From contig CP060231.1 in assembly GCA_023898625.1 (NCBI GenBank), forward strand, positions 20,258-84,257: a DNA stretch of 64,000 nucleotides. The letters are read 5' to 3'. This document shows, piece by piece, positions 10,494 to 20,432 of the stretch. A program made the position numbers and the translations under genes. Numbering within the stretch: the first letter of the stretch is position 1; each line of letters begins with the position of its first letter. Origin of the DNA: Candidatus Nomurabacteria bacterium (lineage in GTDB: Bacteria > Patescibacteriota > Saccharimonadia > Saccharimonadales > JAGQNJ01). The notes under the pieces were generated by a model. It was not told where the DNA came from and did no database searches. It was given only the letters and a program-made list of their open reading frames with translations.

Positions 10494-11256
10494 GCAAACT
10501 AAAGAGGCCCCATCATTTCCAGAACTCATCTGGAATAAGCCAGAAAATAAACTTCATGCTGGTAAATTGTTGATTATTGGGGGTAGCTTGCATGCTTTTA
10601 GCGCACCTTCGACCGCCTTTTCTAAGGCTACTTCAGCTGGAGCTGGGTCAATTAGGTTATTACTGCCGGTTTCAATTAAGAAAACTGTTGTTTCATTGTT
10701 GCCAGAAGCCGATTTCGCACCCGTAACCCCGAGTGGTAGCTTCTCTAAACTAGCATTGAGCCAATTCTTAGAACATAGCACTTGGGCAGATGGCGTGTTG
10801 CTTGCCGGAGATTTTGGAAGAAACAGCGAAACAACCATATTGCTAGAACGATTCATCCAAGAAACCACAAGTCTAGCTATCATAGTCGAGGATGCAGTTG
10901 ACAACCTGATGCATACCCCAAGTTTTGCAAACAACCCAAAAGTTGTTGCTATAACTAACTTTACTCAACTCCAAAAATTAGCCATGAAATTAAAATTCAA
11001 GACTGCCTTTACTTCTGGAATGTCTTTAAGTAGTTTGGCTGAAACTTTGCATGAATTTTCAGAGCAATATTCTATGGCAGTAGTGACAGTGTTTGAGAAT
11101 AATTACATTGTCTCTTATCAAGGACGTGTGTCATCGACACCAATTTCTAGCTCAACTAATACAGGTATAGCTATGGCATCTATATTAAGCGTGTGGGCTA
11201 TCCAAAACCCTAATAATCTTTTTGAGGCGTTGACCACTGTCATAACACAAAGTTGA
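10471..11256 (+). CDS. YjeF C-terminal / carbohydrate-kinase-like protein (divergent NAD(P)H-hydrate dehydratase family)
   Basis: HAGKLLIIGGSLHAFSAPSTAFSKATSAGAGSIRLL resembles the N-terminal signature of YjeF_C proteins. The C-terminal GxGD motif is degenerate. Confidence 0.45.
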   Translation: MASMYWIKQTKEAPSFPELIWNKPENKLHAGKLLIIGGSLHAFSAPSTAFSKATSAGAGSIRLLLPVSIKKTVVSLLPEADFAPVTPSGSFSKLALSQFLEHSTWADGVLLAGDFGRNSETTILLERFIQETTSLAIIVEDAVDNLMHTPSFANNPKVVAITNFTQLQKLAMKLKFKTAFTSGMSLSSLAETLHEFSEQYSMAVVTVFENNYIVSYQGRVSSTPISSSTNTGIAMASILSVWAIQNPNNLFEALTTVITQS

Positions 11257-11301
11257 TGACATACTTTACATTGTTGATTTTTCGTGGTTTAATATATTGT
11301 T

Positions 11302-12279
11302 ATGCAACGACGTGAACCAGCATACAGCAAGTTTAGGCAAGATTTATCTGATAGAAATGTTATAAATCTAAATCGCGTTCTCGAAGGATACGACGGCTTA
11401 GGGTGTGAATACATAACAAAAAGAGATGTTGACACGTACCAAGATCTCGTTGGTGGTAGCTCGGAAGCTGGCCTAGTAATAGCTGGGTCTGTTGCCCTAG
11501 AAATTGCCAGTAAGCCAGAAAATACTGAAGCTCAAAAACTTGAATGGCTAACAAATGCTAATGATAATTGGAGTAGCGTAATTGATAAAGGATCTAGACT
11601 GGGACACATATCAAATTTTGTTATAGAATCTGCAATGCAAAAATCAAGCCTACCGTCTTATATGTCACTTTTACTAAATAGTGAACTGCCGAACACCAAA
11701 GTGATGCAAAAATACTATGCAGATCTATGTTCGGTCGGTAACTGCATGTATGATAAGTTTCAAAATGACTACGCACGAAGAGAATCGGACACTTTCAACA
11801 GCAAACCAGAAGTTATCAAAAGAATTAGACTTGCCGGATTGATCGGAGAGCTTGCTGTTACCATGTTATTCCAACGTTTTGTAAGGAACGAGCTTGGAGA
11901 TAAAGAACAGGTTGCATTGCCTTCATTGTTTTCGCAAGATCGTGGCATAAACAGAAACAGGGGAAGTACAGAAGTTCGTGCTTGGGATGTTACAGTCTTT
12001 CAGCAATTTGATCATGATGATATCGAAACCCCATACCTTATTCAAGTAAAAACAACGAAAAATCATCCAAAAAAAGATAAGTTCCATTACACCAAGGACA
12101 TATCCATGCTTCATATAAAAGAAGACCTGGCAATAAATGACCAAGAAGAACGAAGAGGATTTTCGCCAATTCATATCATTGCTGATTTACTATCAGAGCA
12201 AGAAGGAAGTGATTCGCCATCAACTAAGACTAGACTTGATCAACGAACCGACAAGCTTCTGGATGTAATTAATGACTAG
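11302..12279 (+). CDS. Hypothetical protein with a possible PD-(D/E)xK nuclease-like core
   Basis: 325 aa. In the C-terminal half, GLIGELAV ... AWDVTVF ... YLIQVKTTK matches the E / D / (E/Q)xK spacing of restriction-endonuclease-fold proteins. The N-terminal ~190 aa are unassigned. Confidence 0.35.
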   Translation: MQRREPAYSKFRQDLSDRNVINLNRVLEGYDGLGCEYITKRDVDTYQDLVGGSSEAGLVIAGSVALEIASKPENTEAQKLEWLTNANDNWSSVIDKGSRLGHISNFVIESAMQKSSLPSYMSLLLNSELPNTKVMQKYYADLCSVGNCMYDKFQNDYARRESDTFNSKPEVIKRIRLAGLIGELAVTMLFQRFVRNELGDKEQVALPSLFSQDRGINRNRGSTEVRAWDVTVFQQFDHDDIETPYLIQVKTTKNHPKKDKFHYTKDISMLHIKEDLAINDQEERRGFSPIHIIADLLSEQEGSDSPSTKTRLDQRTDKLLDVIND

Positions 12280-12329
12280 GTACCTATAATTCTTGTGTTA
12301 TTATGCCGACTCTTTGATATAACTAAACT

Positions 12330-13049
12330 ATGCACTCAATAAGCCAAGATAAGCCATCCCCAGAAATTAACGAAGAACAAATTATTGAATTTGAAAGTAG
12401 AATTCTGTTACCTCTTGCAACTAAACTTGGCAGTAATCCAGAATGGTCAGAAGTAACAGCACAGCTTCAATCTTCTACCAAGAATCTAACAGAGCAACTT
12501 TCTATAGAAGCTGGCTGGGATGAGTACTCAGAAAATCTAATCTATTCAATAAATATAGAACAAATTTTTGAGTTTGATGAATTATGGGACGAGAACGTAA
12601 TACGTAAATACATTGATATCGATACAGAAGAATATTATTACCTTGCCGAAACCAATGACACCACTCAGGATGCTTATTTCGCTAATGAAAAACAAACTAC
12701 GAACGCAGACATTGGTTACTATGGGACTGAAACTAGCTACTTGTTTAGTGTTTCGTACGATTGTAAATCGGCTAACGGGCATAAATCTTCATATATAAAT
12801 CTGTATGATGAAGAAGGAATCGCTGTTGATACAGAAATAGTGCATTATTGGGATATTTTATATAAACAACCATCAACAATAGAATTTAATAGATTAGTAG
12901 ATGCAGGAGAGCCATTGTTTGACTCCGAAACTTCAGAAAAGAAGCTTTCAATTATCACGCTACACGACATAGACATAATAATGAATTCACTCAAAAAATT
13001 TAGCCTAGTAGATCCCAAACAAAAAGCCCTCCGCAAACACCTCAGATAA
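12330..13049 (+). CDS. Hypothetical acidic protein
   Basis: 239-aa ORF rich in D/E, with no TM helix or signal peptide and no recognisable motif. Confidence 0.4.
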   Translation: MHSISQDKPSPEINEEQIIEFESRILLPLATKLGSNPEWSEVTAQLQSSTKNLTEQLSIEAGWDEYSENLIYSINIEQIFEFDELWDENVIRKYIDIDTEEYYYLAETNDTTQDAYFANEKQTTNADIGYYGTETSYLFSVSYDCKSANGHKSSYINLYDEEGIAVDTEIVHYWDILYKQPSTIEFNRLVDAGEPLFDSETSEKKLSIITLHDIDIIMNSLKKFSLVDPKQKALRKHLR

Positions 13050-13264
13050 TAATGCTTTAATTACTGTGAATACCCGAACATAGCGACTCTAGCCCTGTGT
13101 AGTATTCTTAGGTACCAAGGCTACAACTAAATCTGAGGATAATAATTACAACGAATCATAAGCTTAAAATGATCAAAAAATAATCGGCACCCTGAGCCAA
13201 TAAACTATATAGATAAATCAAAACTTAATTTTCGGCAAATCAACTATATAGTACAATAGACTAT

Positions 13265-14420
13265 ATGGATGAAAGATTTCCTGTATCGTCTGATGCACAT
13301 GAAGAATTGCCACTTGTTTCATACGGGATAATACGAGATCAAGAAATATTAGAGTGTATTGTAGGGGGGGGAAGTCAAACCAGGCGGTCACGTAGGCATA
13401 CATGGTGTTGAACTTGTAAAACAACATATTAATGACACACCTAGTGAGCCCATAAATGGCGATCAATCTGTCCATCAAATGCTTTCTAGAATAGGAAACC
13501 CTGACGAGTTTGAAAGTATTGGCGCTATTAGAACGAGAAATGATCATTCTGAAGATGCTGAGGATAATGTCGGTATTGGTGGCAAGTTATACTACTTAAC
13601 GAAAGAGCAAAAAAAGAAATTAGACGAATGGGAATTAACCTCAGAGGGCTGGTTTGAGCGTACTGTTGTAGACATCGAACATGCAGATGGTACTATTCAA
13701 CAAGCAGAAACCCATACATTACCCAGTAACGCTAAATTCACAGAAAAAGTGTCTGACGATTCACAAAGACCACTAACAGATACCGAGCGTGTAAAAATCA
13801 AAAAAAGAATCTATGCATATCAAAATCAAGGCAGTCAATCAACTACTCCTGAACATCCTACCAACAGTACAACAGTTAACAAAACAGAATCATACGCACA
13901 TCAACCAACAATCACACAAAGGGGCGTAGAACAAGAAGATATTCCCCAAATAAGGAAAATATTGTCAGAATGGATTAAAGACCCCCTAACAGGAGAGATA
14001 CTTATTGGAGAAATTGACGAGGTTTTGTTAAAAATATCCGATAGCGTATCTGCTCCAGGCGATAGAGAATATATAGTTGCAGAAGATGAATCTGGGAATA
14101 TATTAGGCTTGATGGGCTTAAGAGAGCCTGAAGATGCATTACTCAAACTCGCAACTACGGCCAACCCCATTGAACTAGTTAACGCATATGTATCTAGTGA
14201 CAAAAAGGGGCAGGGAATAGGTAAGTTGCTCCTTGAGAAAATTCAAGAGATTGCAAAAAATAATGGCCATACTGAAATAATACTAAACAGTGGGCCCCGA
14301 TACAGAGAATCTGCATGGTCATTTTATGATAAGCAATTAGGGAATAGGATAGGTGAACTCAAAGATTATTATGGCCCAGGTTTGTCTGCACCCGTCTGGC
14401 ATAAAGTCCTTGCAATGTAA
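13265..14420 (+). pseudogene. GGCT-like (gamma-glutamylcyclotransferase/AIG2-like) - GNAT acetyltransferase fusion gene interrupted by a frameshift in a G8 tract
   Basis: ATG 13265 opens MDERFPVSSDAHEELPLVSYGIIRDQEILECIVGG and stops 12 codons after the G run. The +1 frame continues (GG)EVKPGGHVGIHGVEL...MLSRIGNPDEF... into the supplied ORF 13479-14420. The C-terminus has the GNAT motif QGIGKLLLEKIQEIAKNNGHTEIILN. The LDEWE...WFERTVVDIEH region is GGCT-like. Confidence 0.7.
13364..13371 (+). repeat. G8 homopolymer at the frameshift point
   Basis: Eight consecutive G counted directly in gtaggggggggaagtc. G7 (or G10) would fuse the two reading frames. Confidence 0.9.
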
Positions 14421-14545
14421 CTAAATTTAAAACGCCAGTAAAAATAACAATATAACAACAGAAAAGCATTAAACATCAAACAACCAAAAGAACATAATGA
14501 GGTTATACTATACTCTATCCCATAAAAGACTTTTGAAATAATAAG

Positions 14546-14694
14546 CATACAGAGTAAGCTCTTGCCGTATCACAGAGGGACACCAGCAGAAAACTTTCTT
14601 CAATTTTGCGCCACGAAGTAGCAAGTTGAAGGGCGACACGGAGTGCCGTCCATTGGTGTTTCACGGGGAGAGAAATAGTTTTGGCAACTGTATG
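14546..14694 (-). ncRNA. Candidate structured small RNA immediately 3' of tRNA-Leu (unclassified)
   Basis: A relatively GC-rich island in an AT-rich spacer. On the minus strand, nested helices are CAUACAG/CUGUAUG, UUGCC/GGCAA and ACACCA/UGGUGU. They enclose two hairpins, GGaCGGCAC-UCC-GUGUCGcCC and CUUCAAcUUGC-11nt-GCAAaaUUGAAG. No gene lies downstream on that strand. Confidence 0.35.
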
Positions 14695-14703
14695 GTCTTC
14701 AAA

Positions 14704-14787
14704 TGGTGGGCGAGGAGAGACTCGAACTCTCACTCCGAAGGAACACGATTTTGAGTCGTGCGCGTCTACCAGTTCCGCCACTCGCCC
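14704..14787 (-). tRNA. tRNA-Leu (anticodon CAA), CCA encoded
   Basis: The reverse complement reads GGGCGAGTGGCGGAACTGGTAGACGCGCACGACTCAAAATCGTG...GAGAGTTCGAGTCTCTCCTCGCCCACCA. It has a long variable arm and the anticodon loop CTCAAAA. Confidence 0.9.
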
Positions 14788-14860
14788 AATGGATTCAGAA
14801 AAAAACCAGAGTCATAGACTATTATACAGCAGTTTTATCTGTTAAACTAGCATAAAAGAT

Positions 14861-16012
14861 ATGAGTAAGCAAGATAATACCAGGCCAAGCCACCGAAACG
14901 AACCGGCAGTGAATTTAATACGGTCAAAGATTGATAAACTGTATGACGACGAACCATCCGCCAAGGAAGAAATTGCTGAAGTTGAAACAGTTCATCATAA
15001 ATTATCTAAACACCAAGAATATATGAAGAGCCTGAGCGAATCAGGTCGATCATTAGCCGAAATTCAAACCAAGTGGCATGAATATTATCTACAATTATCA
15101 GACAATGAAAAACACCAAGTTTGGCAAGAATTTTATGCTAACCACCAACGAAAAGAGCAGAAGTCTCAAAAGATCACACAAGATACTGCAGATAAAAGTG
15201 AGATAAAAGTTGTCGAGGCTGACCATACTGAAACTATTGCGGATACCAAGAAAAAGATTATTCATAAGGTTAAGAAAAAAAATACCACCAAGCTTTCGGC
15301 AATTGGGCATTTTAAATCATTACTATTTGGGTTAGGTATGGGAAGTGTTGTTGTCATCGTGCTACTTTTCAGCTTCTTTAACGAAAGATTCATTGCACCA
15401 TTCATAACTCCCAGCAAAAATGTTAGTTCAACTTCAATTATTATCGACCCTAACTCAACCGAAGCAGGGCCTGAGTCAGAAATTATTATTCCTAAAATTA
15501 ACGTTGAAGTACCAGTTGTCTATAATGTTGCCTCAAATCAAGAAAAAGATGTTCAAAAGGGTCTAGAAGGTGGAGTTGTCCACTATATTACAACACCAAA
15601 TCCAGGAGAAAATGGTAACAGCGTAATAGTCGGCCATTCGAGCAATAATATCTTAAATAAAGGAAAGTATAAGTTTGCTTTTGTGTTATTGAATAAATTG
15701 GAGAAGGGCGATACGTTTTCATTGACCAAAAACGGGAAACGTTACACATATAAGGTATATGAAAAAAAGATTGTGAAGCCAACAGATATTTCAGTATTAG
15801 CTAATCAAGATAAACCCGCAACAGTTACACTAATTACTTGTGATCCACCAGGAACATCAATCAACAGACTAATAATTGTAGGTGAACAGATTTCTCCAGA
15901 AATCACCACAAACGTAGCGAGTACAGCAAAACCTGAGTCAACTCAACCAGCCATAATCCCTGGAAATTCTCCATCACTTTGGAGCCGAATTACTAGCATA
16001 TTTTCATCGTAA
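14861..16012 (+). CDS. Sortase family transpeptidase with a long N-terminal cytoplasmic extension
   Basis: TM helix (LLFGLGMGSVVVIVLLF), then a sortase core with the His motif VIVGHSS and the catalytic Cys motif TLITCDPPG. Confidence 0.8.
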   Translation: MSKQDNTRPSHRNEPAVNLIRSKIDKLYDDEPSAKEEIAEVETVHHKLSKHQEYMKSLSESGRSLAEIQTKWHEYYLQLSDNEKHQVWQEFYANHQRKEQKSQKITQDTADKSEIKVVEADHTETIADTKKKIIHKVKKKNTTKLSAIGHFKSLLFGLGMGSVVVIVLLFSFFNERFIAPFITPSKNVSSTSIIIDPNSTEAGPESEIIIPKINVEVPVVYNVASNQEKDVQKGLEGGVVHYITTPNPGENGNSVIVGHSSNNILNKGKYKFAFVLLNKLEKGDTFSLTKNGKRYTYKVYEKKIVKPTDISVLANQDKPATVTLITCDPPGTSINRLIIVGEQISPEITTNVASTAKPESTQPAIIPGNSPSLWSRITSIFSS

Positions 16013-16018
16013 AAACAT

Positions 16019-17497
16019 CTAATTCTTAACTTGTAGACTTGTTTGGTTTAAGTTAAATTTTCCATTATTGTCAGCACTCGCAAAAGAAAAAGCAGTTTTA
16101 TAATCTCTATCAAACATCAGATCGGTATTTGAGTCAACTGACATCAACTTTTGTTGATTTAAGCCATCAAAATCAAAGACCAAAGCTGTTTTGTTGGTTG
16201 AGGAGATTAGCCGGTGACCATCCATCCACTCTGCAGGTCGATCAGTATCGAACTTATCATGAACCTCATATTTAGTCTGACGGTCAGTTTCGGCATCATA
16301 AACCGCAAAATTTTGTCCTGATTGAACAGCGATAATTCTAGTATTGGCCGAAAATGAAACATGCTGTGGATTATTGATTCGGAGAGTACGACCAAAAATT
16401 ATTGCTTTTGGCTTGTCAGAAGAAAGAATCACTAATGGATCCTTGTATACATAGACGCTATTATCTTTTGATGCACCTACCGCCACATACCATGCATCAC
16501 TAAACTTAGCCACGTCTACAAGATAGTTTGAATCAGCAGATAATTTTCTTAATACGTAATCTTTATCTTTAGTCTTCATATGAGCCTCCACCTGTTTTTG
16601 GTTATTCTCTATCGGAGCAACATAGACTAACATATCATCCCCATGCGATTTAAAAGCTAGGGCTTTTGAAACTAATGGCACAAATATTTTTGTTTTTATA
16701 TCAAATTGCTGAAGGAGCCCGTCTGGAGACATATGCAATAACAACTGATCGATCTTGCGATCTTTTAAAGTTACAGCGTAGGGTTTTTGGCCTGTTAAGG
16801 TATTTACATTAATTGATGACTCGGGATTGTCTTTATTGACGATAATAAATTCTACTTGATTATCATAAGTATGCTTCATTAATACGTTTGAATTATCCGT
16901 TGACCATTCAATCATTTCTAGGTTCTGACTCTCACCGGTTGTTAATATGTTTTTTGGTATGACAAAACCACTATTTGGTTTTTCTAAATTGCTAGTATCA
17001 AAGACATCAAATTTAGATATATCGTTTGGATACTGAACGATAATCCATTTTCTGTCAGGACTAGAAGAAACAATATGCGTCTCGGCAGGATACTCCTTGA
17101 GTTTTTTTGTTTCTAGCTTTTCTGGAAACAGAAAAGGATAAGCAAGTCTCTCAACTGAACCACCATCCACACTAAGTTCTTTTTGCCAACTGCGATACCT
17201 ATCCATATTTATAGTTACCCGGTAACGTCCTTCTCGTAAATCAAACTTAGTATCGGTTTTGCCCTGTGTTTTGTACTTATTATAAATGCCCTCGATATAT
17301 GCTGTTGCCCCATCTGGGTGGGAATTAACAAATAATAGTCCGTTTTGCGTAACATTACCTTCGGTATCAAGTCGATATCCAGAGTTTGCAAACAACAACA
17401 CAAGCGCAGACATACTAATAGCTATTGCGACCAAGATATAGCCTACATACAGTTTTATTTTATTGGAGCGTTTTTTGTTTGGGTCAAGAAAATCCAT
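16019..17497 (-). CDS. PEGA domain protein with a C-terminal beta-propeller-like region, membrane anchored
   Basis: N-terminal TM helix, then a PEGA-like segment (LFVNSHPDGATAYIEG...FDLREGRYRVTINMDRYRSWQKELSV), then ~350 aa of beta-rich repeats. Confidence 0.6.
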   Translation of the reverse strand: MDFLDPNKKRSNKIKLYVGYILVAIAISMSALVLLFANSGYRLDTEGNVTQNGLLFVNSHPDGATAYIEGIYNKYKTQGKTDTKFDLREGRYRVTINMDRYRSWQKELSVDGGSVERLAYPFLFPEKLETKKLKEYPAETHIVSSSPDRKWIIVQYPNDISKFDVFDTSNLEKPNSGFVIPKNILTTGESQNLEMIEWSTDNSNVLMKHTYDNQVEFIIVNKDNPESSINVNTLTGQKPYAVTLKDRKIDQLLLHMSPDGLLQQFDIKTKIFVPLVSKALAFKSHGDDMLVYVAPIENNQKQVEAHMKTKDKDYVLRKLSADSNYLVDVAKFSDAWYVAVGASKDNSVYVYKDPLVILSSDKPKAIIFGRTLRINNPQHVSFSANTRIIAVQSGQNFAVYDAETDRQTKYEVHDKFDTDRPAEWMDGHRLISSTNKTALVFDFDGLNQQKLMSVDSNTDLMFDRDYKTAFSFASADNNGKFNLNQTSLQVKN

Positions 17498-17615
17498 ATT
17501 ACTAACTATAGTTATAGCATGAAGGCTGTCCCAAAACTAGACCAAATACTAAGACTTGCGCTACTACCCACAAAAGGGTTATGATTAGAAATAGTACTAA
17601 TCAAGGCGAAAAAAG

Positions 17616-18695
17616 TTGAGCAAACAAAGACAAGATGTTCTGGAAATAAACGGAAAGATTTATGACGCAAAGCTAGGTACCGTTATCTCTGATGCTCGGA
17701 AGTCTTCGGTGTCACATGAACCTAGGCACATTGATGGTTTTGTTGCACCTAAACCTCATACTGTTTTTACTCCTGATAAAACGTCGGATTCTTTATCTGT
17801 TAAGGCAAAACCGACCACTAAACGATCTGGGGCGAACAACCACAGTAGAAACGCTCAAAAATCTACATTATTGATGAGAAACGCCGTAAAAAAGCCGACT
17901 CCAAGCGTTAAACCACCAGAAGTTTTAACTAGGAAATCAAAAAGCACAATACATACAGAACACCATAGTGCTAGTAAACACCAGCGAAGTCCGTTCATTA
18001 GCAAGTTTAACAGTAATGTGAGCCACTTGACTAAGCGCACACAGCACATTGCCGTCACCCCACACCCAGATCATCAGGTGCAAAAAAGCAACCATTCCTA
18101 CAACCATCCACCTACGTCTACTACGCACAAGCCCACTCATTCACAGCACCCACAAAAAACCAGCAAGTCTGAGGAATTATTCACAAAAGCCCTAGAGAAA
18201 GCTCAGCCACCAAAACAAAACATTAAGCATAAAAAGCAAAAAAAACATCGATCAACATTACGTTGGGGTAGTGGGGTGATCGCTGGAGTATTATTGTTTG
18301 GTTTTATAGTGTACCTAAATATGCCGAATATAACCGTAAAGTTTGCCGGTGTTAGAGCGGGTTTTTCTGCATCAATGCCCGCTTACAGTCCGTCTGGATA
18401 TTCATTCCGTGGACCAGCACAATATGAAGCCGGAAAAGTCACTGTTAGCTTTAAGTCAAATACTGATAGTAGATCATACACAATTAAACAAGAGGTTTCA
18501 AACTGGAATAGCCCATCATTGCAAGAGAACTTTTTGGCCAAGAACAATAAAAAGTTCACTACATCACAAGAAAACGGACGTACAATTTATATTTATGACA
18601 ATAATGCAACCTGGGTGAATGGTGGGATATGGTATCAGGTTAATAGCGATTCCTTAAGTAGCGAACAATTAATTAACATTGCTACCAGCATATAA
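17616..18695 (+). CDS. Hypothetical membrane protein with a basic/His-rich N-terminal region
   Basis: TTG start per the ORF track. A low-complexity K/H/P/T-rich cytoplasmic part is followed by one TM helix (VIAGVLLFGFIVYL) and an extracytoplasmic ~130-aa domain. Confidence 0.5.
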   Translation: MSKQRQDVLEINGKIYDAKLGTVISDARKSSVSHEPRHIDGFVAPKPHTVFTPDKTSDSLSVKAKPTTKRSGANNHSRNAQKSTLLMRNAVKKPTPSVKPPEVLTRKSKSTIHTEHHSASKHQRSPFISKFNSNVSHLTKRTQHIAVTPHPDHQVQKSNHSYNHPPTSTTHKPTHSQHPQKTSKSEELFTKALEKAQPPKQNIKHKKQKKHRSTLRWGSGVIAGVLLFGFIVYLNMPNITVKFAGVRAGFSASMPAYSPSGYSFRGPAQYEAGKVTVSFKSNTDSRSYTIKQEVSNWNSPSLQENFLAKNNKKFTTSQENGRTIYIYDNNATWVNGGIWYQVNSDSLSSEQLINIATSI

Positions 18696-18748
18696 GTTAT
18701 TTTTTTGACATATAGTGAATTAGCGTTTCCTCTGTTAATATATAGTTA

Positions 18749-19009
18749 ATGACTATTGAAGCTGGACAAATCACACAAGACGAACAACTACCTAAATCAG
18801 AACAAAATAATACTAACATCGACCATATTATCAATCTCACAAGTGTAGTTACTGCCATTGGAGGCTTAGCAATGTTAGCGGACTCGATTTCTGATTACTT
18901 GCACGATTTATCACCAGCTATCAGTGCCTACGCTGGTACTGTAATGCTTGGGGGAGCGGTAGTGCTAAATCTCTCAAATCATCGTGCAAAGAAGGAAAAA
19001 AATGCCTAA
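18749..19009 (+). CDS. Small hypothetical membrane protein
   Basis: 86-aa ORF with two hydrophobic segments. It overlaps the gltX start region by a few nt. Confidence 0.35.
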   Translation: MTIEAGQITQDEQLPKSEQNNTNIDHIINLTSVVTAIGGLAMLADSISDYLHDLSPAISAYAGTVMLGGAVVLNLSNHRAKKEKNA

Positions 19010-20432
19010 AGTTCGTACGCGTTTTGCGCCAAGCCCAACAGGTTTTTTACACGTTGGAGGAATTCGAACGGCACTCTTTGCCTGGTTAGTCGCTCGTCAG
19101 GCTAAAGGCCAGTTCATTCTACGCCTTGAAGACACTGACCAAAAAAGAGAAGTCCAAGGATCTGCCGAACATTTAATGCAGAGTCTGATAGCCCTTGGAC
19201 TTAATTACGATGAAGGCCCAGATAAACCAGGTGATTTCGGTCCATACCGCCAATCCGAACGACTAAGCATCTACAAAAAGTGGGCCAACAAACTAATAGA
19301 CCAAGGCAGGGCGTACGCAGATCCATATTCCCCAGAGGAAGTACAAGCATTTCGAGAAGAGGCTCAAAAAAACAAAGTTCCATTTTTATATAGAAATCAC
19401 CGACCAGACAACCCTCCAGAATGGGATGGCAGTCAACCGCTAAGATTCAAGTCTGATCCACAAAATTATAAATGGCATGATGAAGTTATGGGCGATCTTT
19501 CAGCCGGGGCAGAAACCATAGATGATTTTATCCTCATAAAGTCCGACGGCTTCCCAACATACAACTTTGCGCATATTGTTGATGATGCAGAAATGAAAAT
19601 TACCCACATTATCCGTGGGCAAGAGTTTATTGCAAGTATGCCCAATTATCTAAACTTATACGAAGCTTTGAGTATTGATAAGCCTATATTTGCCACTATG
19701 CCCCATATTTTAAACGAACAAGGCAACAAAAAACTCAGTAAACGTGACGGAGCTAAAGATATACTGGACTACACTAAGGAGGGCTACTTGCCTGAAGCTT
19801 TGCGTAGTTTTATTGCAACTCTGGGCTGGAATGACGGAACCGAACAAGAAGTATTTGCTACAGACGAACTAATTAAAAAGTTTAGCCTACAAAGAGTAGG
19901 TAAGAGCGGTGCACATTTTGACGAACGTCGACTCAATTGGGTGAATGGTTACTTTATCCGTCAAAAATCTATCGATGAGCTGTATGAACAAGTTGCAAAC
20001 TTCTGGCCAAATTCAGGCGCTAGCCACGACGATTCATATAAGAAACAAGTCCTTAATCTTGTCCAAGAAAGGCTAAAGTACTTCTCTGAACTGCCTGAAC
20101 TAACTAACTTCTTCTTCGAAGATCTACCAATCAACCCTAAGCTTATCAGTGAACATAAACAACTTAAGAAGCTTTCCAAAGACGATATTATAACACTATT
20201 AAATGCCACAAATTCATCTTTGACTGAAAGCGATTTCAGTATTGATGATCTGACCAACAGACTAAACTCTTTACTAACCATAACCCACACTAAACCTGCT
20301 GTGTTGTTTAGCTTAATACGAATAGCCACCACCCAAGCTCCTGCTAGCCCAGCTTTAGCAGAGACAATGCATGTATTAGGAAAAGACCTTTGCCTTAAAA
20401 GGATTAGTGAGCAATTGGACTTCTTGAAATAA
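19002..20432 (+). CDS. gltX: Glutamate--tRNA ligase
   Basis: MPKVRTRFAPSPTGFLHVGGIRTALF (HIGH-type motif) and KLSKRDG (KMSKS-type motif). I chose the start at 19002 because AAGGAA lies upstream; the ORF track starts at 18984. Confidence 0.92.
   Translation: MPKVRTRFAPSPTGFLHVGGIRTALFAWLVARQAKGQFILRLEDTDQKREVQGSAEHLMQSLIALGLNYDEGPDKPGDFGPYRQSERLSIYKKWANKLIDQGRAYADPYSPEEVQAFREEAQKNKVPFLYRNHRPDNPPEWDGSQPLRFKSDPQNYKWHDEVMGDLSAGAETIDDFILIKSDGFPTYNFAHIVDDAEMKITHIIRGQEFIASMPNYLNLYEALSIDKPIFATMPHILNEQGNKKLSKRDGAKDILDYTKEGYLPEALRSFIATLGWNDGTEQEVFATDELIKKFSLQRVGKSGAHFDERRLNWVNGYFIRQKSIDELYEQVANFWPNSGASHDDSYKKQVLNLVQERLKYFSELPELTNFFFEDLPINPKLISEHKQLKKLSKDDIITLLNATNSSLTESDFSIDDLTNRLNSLLTITHTKPAVLFSLIRIATTQAPASPALAETMHVLGKDLCLKRISEQLDFLK

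Noticed and set aside
13218-13547. 109-aa minus-strand ORF overlapping the start of the GGCT-GNAT gene
   Set aside because: The plus strand encodes a recognisable GGCT-like N-terminus across the same bases in two frames joined at the G8 tract. The minus ORF has no motif and is the antisense shadow.
14515-14781. ORFs 14515-14781 (-) and 34240-34440 (-) in the supplied track
   Set aside because: They read through tRNA-Leu and tRNA-Glu respectively (the typical ...AELVDAHDSKS... / ...GSHPGNRGSIP... tRNA-derived translations). They are not protein-coding.
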